DNA of 64,000 bases from Candidatus Poseidoniales archaeon (GTDB taxonomy: Archaea; Thermoplasmatota; Poseidoniia; Poseidoniales; Poseidoniaceae): the NCBI GenBank assembly GCA_003602605.1, contig QQRW01000040.1, forward strand, positions 19,283 through 83,282, given 5' to 3'. The position numbers and the translations under genes were made by a program. Position 1 is the stretch's first letter, and the number at the start of each line of letters is the position of its first letter. Under the pieces are notes generated by a model. It worked only from the letters and a program-made list of their open reading frames with translations. It searched no databases and was not told the DNA's origin. Shown here one piece after another: positions 50,901-59,397 of the stretch.

Positions 50901-52947
50901 AATTCCCTGCACCAACTGGGCGTGGATCTCTGCCACAACCTTCAGCGTGCAAATGCTGCAACCTTGGCTCAGATTGTTCAATAGAATTCGCGGTTTGAAT
51001 TGCCGCCACAGTTCGACGCATCACTGTGACCTCTGCTTGACGGAATCTGTAGATACTTTGTTTCATGTCTCCGACTATGCATACGGTCGGATCCCATGGC
51101 CCTAACGGGTTCTGTGGCTCATCCGCCTCGAGTCTACGACGACCCCAAAGACGAGCGAGCAGTCGGAAGTGTGCAGGGTTGGTGTCTTGGTATTCATCGA
51201 TGATGAAGGCTCGATATTGGCGGCGTATTGTTTGCAGAGTGTAGAAACGGCGTTGGAGGTCTTCATAACATGCCTGATCGTCTCCAGCCAGACGCATGGC
51301 ACGTGAGATGTGTTGGTCCGACCAAGGCTCATCGCCGAGTCTGTCGAGGGTTTGAACCACCTCAGGGGGATACAAGTGGCGAACCATGTCTGGGCATCGA
51401 GCAAGCAACAAGTCAGCGACAAGGCGCTGTATATCGTCGTAATCATGCACCCCTTCATGCGCTTTGCGCAGCGAGAGGATATCTTGGCAGCCTCGGTGAA
51501 CAACAAGTAAATCATTGAGGACATTGGTTTGAAGTTCGTGTGAAATTCGAAGCCGTCCCTCTGGTGCAAGATCGCTGAACGAAAGATTTACTTCTTGACA
51601 GCGAATCTTAGAGCCTTCAGGTAAAAAGGGCAATTCTGAAGAGGGATTGAGTAAGAAAGCACTACGGCCGAGGAGGCAAACTAACCTGCCGAGTCGTCCC
51701 GTCAAGAGCCCTTTCAACTCATTTCCAGCTTCAAGTGCATTTTCGACAACCGCTTCCTTTTGCGATTTGGAAACTCCTTTAGCAGCAGATTTCGATAAAA
51801 GACCGGGGTGCCATCCTTCTGAATGATTCACCTGAGGTAGGCCTCCTTTCGGGAAAAAATTCGGCTCATCATCTGATAATTGACTTGTCGTTGCCCCAGC
51901 GATAGCCACCTGCCAAACCCATTGCAGACATTCACCTGGATCTTCAGGAAGGGTTTGGCGAGCCAATGCAGTCAGGTGGTTAAATCGAGTAAGGGTCGTC
52001 CCGATGTCCGTCTCACAAGCGTGAACATAACTTGCAGCATGAGCCATGTAAACATCGACCCATTCAGAGAGTTTATTTTGTAATCTTTGAGCAAATTCTA
52101 CAACAGTGTGCCGAACGGGCTCGAGAAACATATCCATCAGAACTTCGTGAGGCATTGGACCGACACCGCTCCAATCTGAACCGAGTGTTTGGGCTCGAGA
52201 GAGCATGGCTTGATACGCTTCTTCAACAAACAGGGATTTACCGAGCATCCCACTCAATACGACGGCTGAACGTTCTTGACCCCCGAGGAGAACAGCTAAT
52301 CGGTTTCTCGACTCGAGGAACGCTCCGATGTTGCCACGTACCCCTGCCTCGTGTGCGTCATCAATGGTTCGAATTCGCCAAGCGGAATGAAGTGCTTCTT
52401 GGATAAGAAGTGGCGCACGTTCTTCTGAAATCTGTTCTCGGCTTGGATGAACTGCAACCAAGTCAAGGTGCGGTGATACAAGTTGTGAGAGGAAAGCATC
52501 GATGGTCGAAATTGGTGCTTCATCGAGTGCTGACATTAATGTCTCGATGTCGCCCTCGGTGATTCGTGGGTCGAAAATACCCTCATCGTCTCCTTTTTCA
52601 AGCGGTGAAGCACGGCTTTGACCCACCCTGTGACGGATTTTTGCCATCAACTCAGCAGCGGCTTTCTTAGTGAAAGTGATAGCTGCCACTTCGCTTGGCA
52701 GAAGACCTTTCCATTCTTTCGGTGGAGTTCGTTGTCGAGGTGGTGCTCGCAGAAAACCACTTGCTTGATTCGATTCTCGTGGGCCAGGGGGAAGCAAGTG
52801 GGTCGCACGTTGTTCCGATGAGAGAAGATGCTGAACATAACGCTCTGCCATAACCGTCGTTTTTCCAGTACCTGCGCCAGCATCCAGCGCAATATGCTTG
52901 TCAAGGTCAAGACCAAGGCGCTGACTCCGATTAAATCGTATCTTCAA
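47995..52947 (-). CDS. AddA/UvrD-like SF1A helicase with C-terminal RecB-type nuclease (1650 aa)
   Basis: AGAGTGKT, ITFTKKAA, ISTIDAF, IDEYQDT, VGDMKQSIYRFRQA, MTIHGAKGLQ, YVALTRVKDRL; nuclease ELPF/GRADL/VDLKT/QLTLY. Confidence 0.92.
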   Translation of the reverse strand: MKIRFNRSQRLGLDLDKHIALDAGAGTGKTTVMAERYVQHLLSSEQRATHLLPPGPRESNQASGFLRAPPRQRTPPKEWKGLLPSEVAAITFTKKAAAELMAKIRHRVGQSRASPLEKGDDEGIFDPRITEGDIETLMSALDEAPISTIDAFLSQLVSPHLDLVAVHPSREQISEERAPLLIQEALHSAWRIRTIDDAHEAGVRGNIGAFLESRNRLAVLLGGQERSAVVLSGMLGKSLFVEEAYQAMLSRAQTLGSDWSGVGPMPHEVLMDMFLEPVRHTVVEFAQRLQNKLSEWVDVYMAHAASYVHACETDIGTTLTRFNHLTALARQTLPEDPGECLQWVWQVAIAGATTSQLSDDEPNFFPKGGLPQVNHSEGWHPGLLSKSAAKGVSKSQKEAVVENALEAGNELKGLLTGRLGRLVCLLGRSAFLLNPSSELPFLPEGSKIRCQEVNLSFSDLAPEGRLRISHELQTNVLNDLLVVHRGCQDILSLRKAHEGVHDYDDIQRLVADLLLARCPDMVRHLYPPEVVQTLDRLGDEPWSDQHISRAMRLAGDDQACYEDLQRRFYTLQTIRRQYRAFIIDEYQDTNPAHFRLLARLWGRRRLEADEPQNPLGPWDPTVCIVGDMKQSIYRFRQAEVTVMRRTVAAIQTANSIEQSEPRLQHLHAEGCGRDPRPVGAGNSFIQGSQIEGSVVKSQLWEHIEVGFEDGGGHSRLVSDERRERRLLGHIDLTSNHRTLHNLMRTMNGMFDDVFDERHYVLPGDWHAEAQSLHPARDTDSEGVLEWLLPLQIGVEAPSLDLEQRIDTFADPEAKRAHLENELIAARLQALVTQSPTQVWDASVNGYHQVASNQIPVRPDDIIVLVHSRKYIPDLIQRLQSRGIPVMADRQGALLQRPVVSPLLACLELIAFPHSRHAALSLARSPVFGFNDVQAHALMSSNENKSWWQKIHEHAPNEAVQRLVSHMESLVQQGAVHDVFDAVLDHSDLLLAYSDDTSRQNAEAWCALAVSIGNELGHEASAIFNRMKSLQSLGGKGPSAIITPSGGAVQVMTIHGAKGLQAPVVVVAGMFHAGKSDASLAVRNNVLVTPQVVAGRINPWSSRDRPDDGLWEFAKRMDHAQRQAERRREFYVALTRVKDRLIVVGSPSDSATLDEENHCIEFKSKPSMKTMGAMWLDGLRSLSHQHSVTHSPWLQANDTFGEQLSQYKETTLSIDPRSLIDDACLGPHSVQSLYIYHSPDCFPDLTTATPLERWMNLEAHLNDLQPVVAPEQPLPLVSEMMRMTAHALDTSYACPRRHWLSEVKGWNPEPLNFFLNHPSSDATASIYPPATVFGTLMHRLVEIGLENPCVKNAPSSVPLPPAWVFDGEDLLDDRATIERVLAEEGITSSSSNVFETTSKRLAELGKLVRGGLLGRYAAGEQHFGFSVEGLRTELPFFFRHKVGFDDLMRTHFSVEGEQNIARIDHVDVIFDGRADLVLALRDTEGNGYLQIVDLKTKGCRDEFNAENPNQGSRLQRYKGDALVPYPSTLEERSILDEHRLQLTLYSLALEVLEQQKPVGERRRILPPALLIGASGRMVQLTQTEYESATSTLADHLEWMAQLSATPGALNEPSRLPEEKSHVCAQCPFARGQIRLCGPEGSALGPVSPDED

Positions 52948-55900
52948 TTCACTTCACCTCCGAGCGTTGCTGAAGGGCAGATTTGTCGCACCATACAATA
53001 TGAACAATGCTTACCTGGTGTTGGATTAACGGTTCCGTTTGAAGCAGCCTTGATTGCACGGTTCGCTGTTCGAATCCGTTCCTGAACCCACGACCTGAAA
53101 CCATTGGTCGCAGTGTATTCTGTACCTGGTTCTCGGTGATGATTTTGTGTGTACATGGTTCGTTCACCAATCTCATCAGCGCCAAGGTACTTCAAAATCG
53201 TCGAGTCAAGCTCGACATAGTGGGTTGTCGATTCACCAATCTCAGAAACACCAACCCCTACAACTCTGTCACCTGGATGGCTTTGTTCCCAAGCACGAGC
53301 GTATAATCCAAGTTGAACTTCGTCAAACAGCGACTTTCTGTGCCTGTCGCCCTTGTCGGTGGCCTTTGGTCCGTTCACCGTCTTCAAATCACGAATGATG
53401 ACAAGACGATTTGCAGGACCGGGCTGTTCTAACGAAACGATTTCATCCACTTCCGAAGAAGACAACACCCCGTCTTTGATGGCTTGAGCTTTCATCTCCG
53501 GGGTCAGCAAAAGGGCGTCTACGCGGTCGACTCTTCCCGACAAATTGAATGACGATTCTTCGCCAGCATCGTCTTTTCCATCAACCTCAACATGTCGGTT
53601 TTTTCCGGATTTAAACTCCCACTCGCACGCAAGAGGAGCAACCCCTGTAAGAGCGAAATCTGATTCAATCATTCGCCCAATCCGTCCACTGGGCTCGAGT
53701 TCGTTTTCTCCCTCAAGGTACAACCTCCATTCAGCGGGTGTAACGCCAATCATCTCCCTGCAACGGTGAACGGCAACAGCATCGTATCGGGTCAACCACG
53801 GGACTTCGTCGGAAAGGTAGGTGAGAACAGCCCCCCACAACGCGTCAACTGAATCTTTAGGACCAAGATGGAGAGGAAGTGGAGAAGGGACTGCATCCTC
53901 GGCTGTTGGAACTCCGTGACTTCGCAGTAAAGCCGCCTCGGCATCGTGAATAAGTGTCCCACGTGTACGCGATTCGAGGTCTTCACTCAGCGTCTCCTCT
54001 GCCCTTGCTTTCAATTGCGTATCCATCCACGCTTTGCGTGGGCATTGTAGCCAAGATTGTATACGACTCTGAGACCACTTTTCCCGTTCAACCGAGGATG
54101 AATGCGAGCCTAGAGTCGAATTGAGAATTTCGCTCGGAAATGTATAGGCTGGTAATGGTCTCGGGTCAATCGCCGGACCTCTAGACCTGCTGTTCCTTTT
54201 CATACCAAGATGCGGCCAATGTTCTTGCTTACTTGAGCCAACTCCTACTTGAGATTTTGTTGGTTGAAGAATAATACCGTCGACGCTCAAGAGGTGTTGT
54301 CGGTTTTCCCAAGTAAAATATTCATTGTTACCAAGGTTCTTCATGGCTGGTTGGCGAAGGTGACGATCGTTTTGAAGTGACAATTCGTTAGCAATAGCAA
54401 GACTGGTGTGAGAAAGAACTGCTGCTTCTGGAGTCCCTCCTTCTGCTAATTCAAGACCGGCGCGTTGCCGTGAATCACGTCCTCGATATCCGCCTCGTTC
54501 TCCAACAGCTCGGCCATTGACCATCGACATGGTAAACGGTCTTGGGGTCAACCAGACTGTTTTACTTCCATGCTCTCCTGATGTCCAGTGCCAGCTTCGG
54601 TGAGGAGTCCCTTCTTGATGTGCCTCCAGAGGTAAAAACGAAGGCGCGCTGGAATACATAGGGAGCGTACCAGCAGTTCTGTTTTCTGCCAACCATTCAG
54701 CCAGCGGAGCACTGGGGCCGCCACCCTCTTCTGCACTTGTATCGAATACAATGATTTCTGTGCCGGCGTTGAGTAAATGACGAAGATGATGCCGCCCCTG
54801 ACGGATGGTGATGTCGGATGAAAATAGACCGAGACGTAATTGTGCAGGCGCATCAAGCCAGGGGACTTTCGATGACTTCATGGGCCATGCATTCACATCC
54901 AAACCTACGAGAAGAATCAAGTCAGCCTCGACACCAAGTGCCTTTTGAGGAGTTAAGACTTGTACATTCTTCCCACTGGAGCGAGAACGTGGTAGAGAAG
55001 TTCTCGAAAGAATTTGTTCAAAGTGTTGGATGAATTGTTCTCCACTCTGAGGAGCACTGAGATTTGCATTGCTCAACTGTTGGTTTGTCTTTTCATATAC
55101 CTCACGAACCATTTGAAGCCCGGCAAGTGAGCGGTCAAAAGCAGTTGTTCTGCTGGATAAAGTGGTCCAATCAAGACGTAAATACATTGCATCCAACCAT
55201 TCAGCACCCGTCTTCAATCGTTGGGGAAGAGGAAGTTTTTGTTGAGACGAGCACCCAATCGCCTCTCCTTCAATCGAACGTCTCGATTCATCATCAATCA
55301 ACGGAGCCCACATTTCTGCAACGCAATGTATCCACCACTGAGTCTCTTCAAGCGCTTGACGCTGACGTGTTGGATTCTCACCAAGTTGCGGAGTGGCTTG
55401 CGACAAGATAGAGAGCCAACGCGAAAGACTACCAAGGCCGCCTCGGACATGAAAAGAACGCGCTATATTCTCCAATACCTCGGGATGAGGGCGTGGCACC
55501 CAAGTTCTCTCACTGGGATGTACTAGGTGCTCGATGCCCCCGTTCACTAAAGGAAGACTGTTGTGCTCGTACAAAACACGGAGGTGCTGAAGAGACCATG
55601 CTTCCATCCCTACGCCAAGTTTCATCGCACGCAGCAAACCACTTACCGCAGGTATCTGTTCAAGTTGAACCATATCTGAGCCGCAGTTGAATCCTAATGT
55701 TTCGATTCGAGAATGCCACTGAGGCATATTCGTATCAGCAGCTCCATCAATGATCAAAACGCTACCAGAAGATTGAATCGAAAATGAGCGAAGGAGTTCT
55801 ATTGCAGCATCCATTCCGTGTTTACATCGTTCAAGGGTCACGAGATGCATACTGGTTTGGCGGTCATCACCGCGTCGAGAACGCCATGGTACATTGACCG

Positions 55901-56717
55901 GTGGCTTCCACACTTCATGATCTGGAATCCATTTTGGCAAAGTGGCTTGGTTCGTATACTCCCATTCTGCTTCGAACAGATACGCCCCATGGTGGCCAAG
56001 TCGAAACGAACCCGCACAACACAACTGATGTATCGGTCGATGGGTCGACAATTGTTGATAGAAGGAACGCTCGATCTCCGAGAAATCGGGTGCGGTGTTG
56101 AGCAAGATTATTCCATCAACATCATTCAATGTAAATGGTGGGTTATCCGAAACCTGCAGGGCTTTGATAATTTCATGAAGAGCACGATGTGGATGAGTCC
56201 CCTGTAGACTTGATTCTACTTGAGTGAGTATTTTATCAAAATCACGTGCGCCGGGGTCCTCGGCCCAACCCCAAGGGTGGTTCAGTTGAGTGAGGGTGCG
56301 GTGAAGGCTGAGTAAGCGTTCGGTCTGGAAAGCAGACCATTTTCTTCCTTCAACAGCGGAAAAAAGCAAAGGTAAATCTCCACGCTCTGCAGCTTGTTTG
56401 GTAAAAGCATGAATGACTGCAAATGTCCCGGCATCATCACCCAATATTGGAGGAAGGCCAAGGTCAAGAATCAGCAATTGTGTAAGCCGAATAAGAGTGA
56501 GATGGTGAGTTGTATCGACTGGTGTATCGGTCTGAGATAAACGAAGAAGGGTCTGACTACGGCTGGCTTCATTGGGGTGGATGAACAATACATTGCCCGC
56601 CGAACCACTCTGTAGCGCATCACTTAACCATGTAGGCATGTTATCTCCTGAATCAATTGCCTCAAGGGTGATTGATACATTCGATTCGTGTTTCATTCTC
56701 GCCCGCCCTATCACCAT
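52944..56717 (-). CDS. AddB-like inactive-helicase scaffold with PD-(D/E)xK nuclease (1257 aa)
   Basis: SQSRIQSWLQCP, RGTLIH, GRVDRVD, RDLKT, QLGLY, CSYCMVRQIC; no Walker A recognised; overlaps the addA-like start by 4 bp. Confidence 0.85.
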   Translation of the reverse strand: MVIGRARMKHESNVSITLEAIDSGDNMPTWLSDALQSGSAGNVLFIHPNEASRSQTLLRLSQTDTPVDTTHHLTLIRLTQLLILDLGLPPILGDDAGTFAVIHAFTKQAAERGDLPLLFSAVEGRKWSAFQTERLLSLHRTLTQLNHPWGWAEDPGARDFDKILTQVESSLQGTHPHRALHEIIKALQVSDNPPFTLNDVDGIILLNTAPDFSEIERSFYQQLSTHRPIHQLCCAGSFRLGHHGAYLFEAEWEYTNQATLPKWIPDHEVWKPPVNVPWRSRRGDDRQTSMHLVTLERCKHGMDAAIELLRSFSIQSSGSVLIIDGAADTNMPQWHSRIETLGFNCGSDMVQLEQIPAVSGLLRAMKLGVGMEAWSLQHLRVLYEHNSLPLVNGGIEHLVHPSERTWVPRPHPEVLENIARSFHVRGGLGSLSRWLSILSQATPQLGENPTRQRQALEETQWWIHCVAEMWAPLIDDESRRSIEGEAIGCSSQQKLPLPQRLKTGAEWLDAMYLRLDWTTLSSRTTAFDRSLAGLQMVREVYEKTNQQLSNANLSAPQSGEQFIQHFEQILSRTSLPRSRSSGKNVQVLTPQKALGVEADLILLVGLDVNAWPMKSSKVPWLDAPAQLRLGLFSSDITIRQGRHHLRHLLNAGTEIIVFDTSAEEGGGPSAPLAEWLAENRTAGTLPMYSSAPSFLPLEAHQEGTPHRSWHWTSGEHGSKTVWLTPRPFTMSMVNGRAVGERGGYRGRDSRQRAGLELAEGGTPEAAVLSHTSLAIANELSLQNDRHLRQPAMKNLGNNEYFTWENRQHLLSVDGIILQPTKSQVGVGSSKQEHWPHLGMKRNSRSRGPAIDPRPLPAYTFPSEILNSTLGSHSSSVEREKWSQSRIQSWLQCPRKAWMDTQLKARAEETLSEDLESRTRGTLIHDAEAALLRSHGVPTAEDAVPSPLPLHLGPKDSVDALWGAVLTYLSDEVPWLTRYDAVAVHRCREMIGVTPAEWRLYLEGENELEPSGRIGRMIESDFALTGVAPLACEWEFKSGKNRHVEVDGKDDAGEESSFNLSGRVDRVDALLLTPEMKAQAIKDGVLSSSEVDEIVSLEQPGPANRLVIIRDLKTVNGPKATDKGDRHRKSLFDEVQLGLYARAWEQSHPGDRVVGVGVSEIGESTTHYVELDSTILKYLGADEIGERTMYTQNHHREPGTEYTATNGFRSWVQERIRTANRAIKAASNGTVNPTPGKHCSYCMVRQICPSATLGGEVN

Positions 56718-56824
56718 TACAGATGTCGACTGTTCTTGAAGGCTCGCTGTCAGACTTGCTCAGATCATCTTTCGTTGATAAACTGTCGAATGCAAAAGTT
56801 GCTCCGGCGTCAGTATCGGTTTTC

Positions 56825-56836
56825 TTTTTTTATATA
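56825..56836. promoter_or_regulatory. Canonical TATA box in the divergent addB/TFB-like intergenic region
   Basis: TTTTTTTATATA, readable as a TATA box on both strands. Confidence 0.5.
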
Positions 56837-57052
56837 GTGTCGAAAAGAATAGTCTTCGTTTGTGGAAACATGAACGGGTCTTGTTTTGCAAAATCCATTC
56901 ATGATGACCGGCAGATTAAAATAGTAGGAGCGTTCTATTGTACCTGTTGGGCCGTAAAATATCGTTTAGTTACCTTTTTCGGATTTTTCTAAAAGAAGGC
57001 AACGAGTGATTGAGCAGCCCACAAACGGCAAACAAGAAAGGAGATAATAAGT

Positions 57053-58252
57053 ATGACTGAAGACATGAACCAAAAGAAGATTGAATTGACAAACTGTGAT
57101 GAATGCGCAAGCAAGAACCTTACACCCATGCCCGAGAAGGGTGAAACTTGGTGCGATGACTGTGGTCTTGTCCACAAGGATCAGAACATTTTGGCAAACG
57201 ACAACGGTGGCGCACTGTTTGGCGAAGGGGCACACTACCAAGCTGTCCGTCAGGATGCCGACCAGAATCAGAATCTCGGTGGCACCGGTCCAAAGATGCG
57301 CTTTGGTTCCAAAGGAGTGCACAATCCGAACAAGTACCGTTTGCTCGAGAAGATTGACCGTAGCAGTGTTCGTATCCCACACCCTTTCGCTAATCGCGTT
57401 AAGCGTAACATCGAGCAGTTGTATGGCCGTCACGCACTTCACATCCTCGAGTACATCGTAGAGATGTCCTGCAAACCACTCACTGGGACGCAAGAGCAGA
57501 TACGCAAGAAGCAGTCCAAGTCACTAAAGAAGAGACTGGGCATGCCAAAGCAATCAATTTGCCGTAAAGATAAGGGAATCAAAGGTTCCTCTGAGGAACA
57601 GAATGCAGTCATCATGGCTGCTGCTATTGTCGAGCTTGCTGGCGAGTTGGGCATCATGCCAAAATTTGACCGCCGTTCAACCATGGCCAAGGCCAATATT
57701 TCACCGAAGCAGATTAGTAGCGCTCGAATCCGTATTCTCCAACACTGGAAAGCACGCCTCACCATGAAGTGGGCTGAAATGCCACCGCGGAAGAACGCTA
57801 ACGACCGTCGCGAAGATTCCATTGCGCAAGCCATGGAACACGTATTCGAAATGCTCGGCGAGCACCTTTCCATTGATGAATTTGAGCGAGTCCTGTATGA
57901 GACCGAGACTCGCTTGGCCCTCCTCAATGAAGGTACAAGTGGCGCACTTACCATCAACATCGAACCCCGAATGGTCGTTTGCGTTACCGCTTACGCCAGT
58001 TTGAATTTCTTCGGACTGCAGTCTGGTGCTGCTGACTTGCTCGCAGATGTTTTCGGACTCACAAGCAGCGGTATTCGTTCCCGATATGACGCATTGGTAA
58101 AGCAGTCCGAGTCAGGAACCTTTCATGATGCCGGGGCTTTTGATGTCTCTAAACCATGCTACGACGCTGCATCAGACAAGCACGCACAGAATGCATTGAT
58201 ATCCAAGGTCCGATTGGGTAATGTATGCGGAAAGCGCTCTTCATTGCCCTGA
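57053..58252 (+). CDS. Divergent transcription initiation factor B (TFB/TFIIB)-like protein
   Basis: Zn ribbon CDEC-x15-CDDCGLV; cyclin-repeat-like IKGSS..IMAAAIV and KQISSARIRI; C-terminal HTH LADVFGLTSSGIRSRYDAL (cf. VTEVTIRNRYKEL); SD AAGGAG at 57038-57043. Confidence 0.75.
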   Translation: MTEDMNQKKIELTNCDECASKNLTPMPEKGETWCDDCGLVHKDQNILANDNGGALFGEGAHYQAVRQDADQNQNLGGTGPKMRFGSKGVHNPNKYRLLEKIDRSSVRIPHPFANRVKRNIEQLYGRHALHILEYIVEMSCKPLTGTQEQIRKKQSKSLKKRLGMPKQSICRKDKGIKGSSEEQNAVIMAAAIVELAGELGIMPKFDRRSTMAKANISPKQISSARIRILQHWKARLTMKWAEMPPRKNANDRREDSIAQAMEHVFEMLGEHLSIDEFERVLYETETRLALLNEGTSGALTINIEPRMVVCVTAYASLNFFGLQSGAADLLADVFGLTSSGIRSRYDALVKQSESGTFHDAGAFDVSKPCYDAASDKHAQNALISKVRLGNVCGKRSSLP

Positions 58253-59346
58253 TTGTTTTCTTCATGGCTTTTCTTCCTCAACCAACTACTGCCGCCCCTG
58301 CTGAACAAACCGAGGCTGGAATGTTGTTTGGAGGGCAATGGGCTCTAGCTGACGAGCCGGGTATCTCTTCAACCAACCTAGAGGAGCTACCGCCAGTGGT
58401 GGAAGTTTATACTGCCACTTGGTGTGGGAATTGTGTCGATGTCGAGCATGCCTTAGACGACATAGAAAACGACACGGGACTTCAACAATATCACATTCAC
58501 AGAGCAATCAATGAAATCCAGGACCCTCTGGGAAGTATCGAGATCGATCAACGCTTCATCGATCGCTATGGAACCATGGCTCCGCCTGCGGTCGTGTTTA
58601 ACGGAACGACCATCAAGGCAGGTAGCGTCCCGAATGATGCTGCATCTTTAGAAGACGAGTTCACGTTACTTTCTGACATTCATCTCACGCTTGTCGGCAA
58701 CTCGAGTTTTGCTTGGGTACCAAACGCAGAAGATGGTGGAATTGTTGCATGGTCCCTCAATATCGAAAACATGGCAGTTCCCAAAGGCAGTTCTATCGTT
58801 GCTCAGGCATGGGTTGTTGAGGAATCAGCACGGTTTGAAGACGGTTCAAACGGTCTCGAAAATTACCCTCATGTCGTACGAGGAATCATTGAACTGGGAA
58901 AGATGAACTCCAACGGTGAATCGGTCACAATGACAGGTAACAGCACGATATCTCTCCCTTCTGCATACGATGGTTCAGATTTATCAGTGCACCTCTTGTA
59001 TCAGCTCAATTATGCTACCGTCACAGAAGAAACTGAACAGCAATCGTGGCCGCTCGTCGAAGTTGTTGTGTTCCTTATTGTAGGAGTCGTGGGTGTTGTT
59101 TTCTTCTTGCGCAGCCGGAAACGGGACCAGACTGGAAAATCCGTCACTGAATTCCAAACGAATCCTGTTCATCCAGTGGCGACAGCGGTCCAGCAAGAAT
59201 ACCAACAGCCAGTTGCTCAACAACCTGTGACCGTTGCACAACCTGTCGTACTTCAACAATGGACCGACGATACAGGCTACACCTGGCGACGGATGGATGA
59301 CAATTCCTACTTCTGGTGGACTGGAAGCGAATGGAAGCGCAGATAA
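58225..59346 (+). CDS. Secreted thioredoxin-like protein with C-terminal TM and Trp-rich cytoplasmic module
   Basis: Signal peptide, VEVYTATWCGNC, cis-Pro loop APPAVVFNG, YPHVVR, TM VVVFLIVGVVGVVFFL, tail QQWTDDTGYTWRRMDDNSYFWWTGSEW. Confidence 0.75.
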   Translation: MRKALFIALIVFFMAFLPQPTTAAPAEQTEAGMLFGGQWALADEPGISSTNLEELPPVVEVYTATWCGNCVDVEHALDDIENDTGLQQYHIHRAINEIQDPLGSIEIDQRFIDRYGTMAPPAVVFNGTTIKAGSVPNDAASLEDEFTLLSDIHLTLVGNSSFAWVPNAEDGGIVAWSLNIENMAVPKGSSIVAQAWVVEESARFEDGSNGLENYPHVVRGIIELGKMNSNGESVTMTGNSTISLPSAYDGSDLSVHLLYQLNYATVTEETEQQSWPLVEVVVFLIVGVVGVVFFLRSRKRDQTGKSVTEFQTNPVHPVATAVQQEYQQPVAQQPVTVAQPVVLQQWTDDTGYTWRRMDDNSYFWWTGSEWKRR

Positions 59347-59397
59347 CAAACGTAAGCAATTTGGCTACTTTTCGTTCGTGAAGAGTTGCGTTTAGAA

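Noticed and set aside
52944..54100. Cas4 / CRISPR adaptation gene
   Set aside because: The 4-Cys PD-(D/E)xK domain is the C-terminus of an AddB-like protein; no cas1 or array is seen
56901..56970. C/D box sRNA (box C ATGATGA)
   Set aside because: No box D CTGA at a suitable distance downstream
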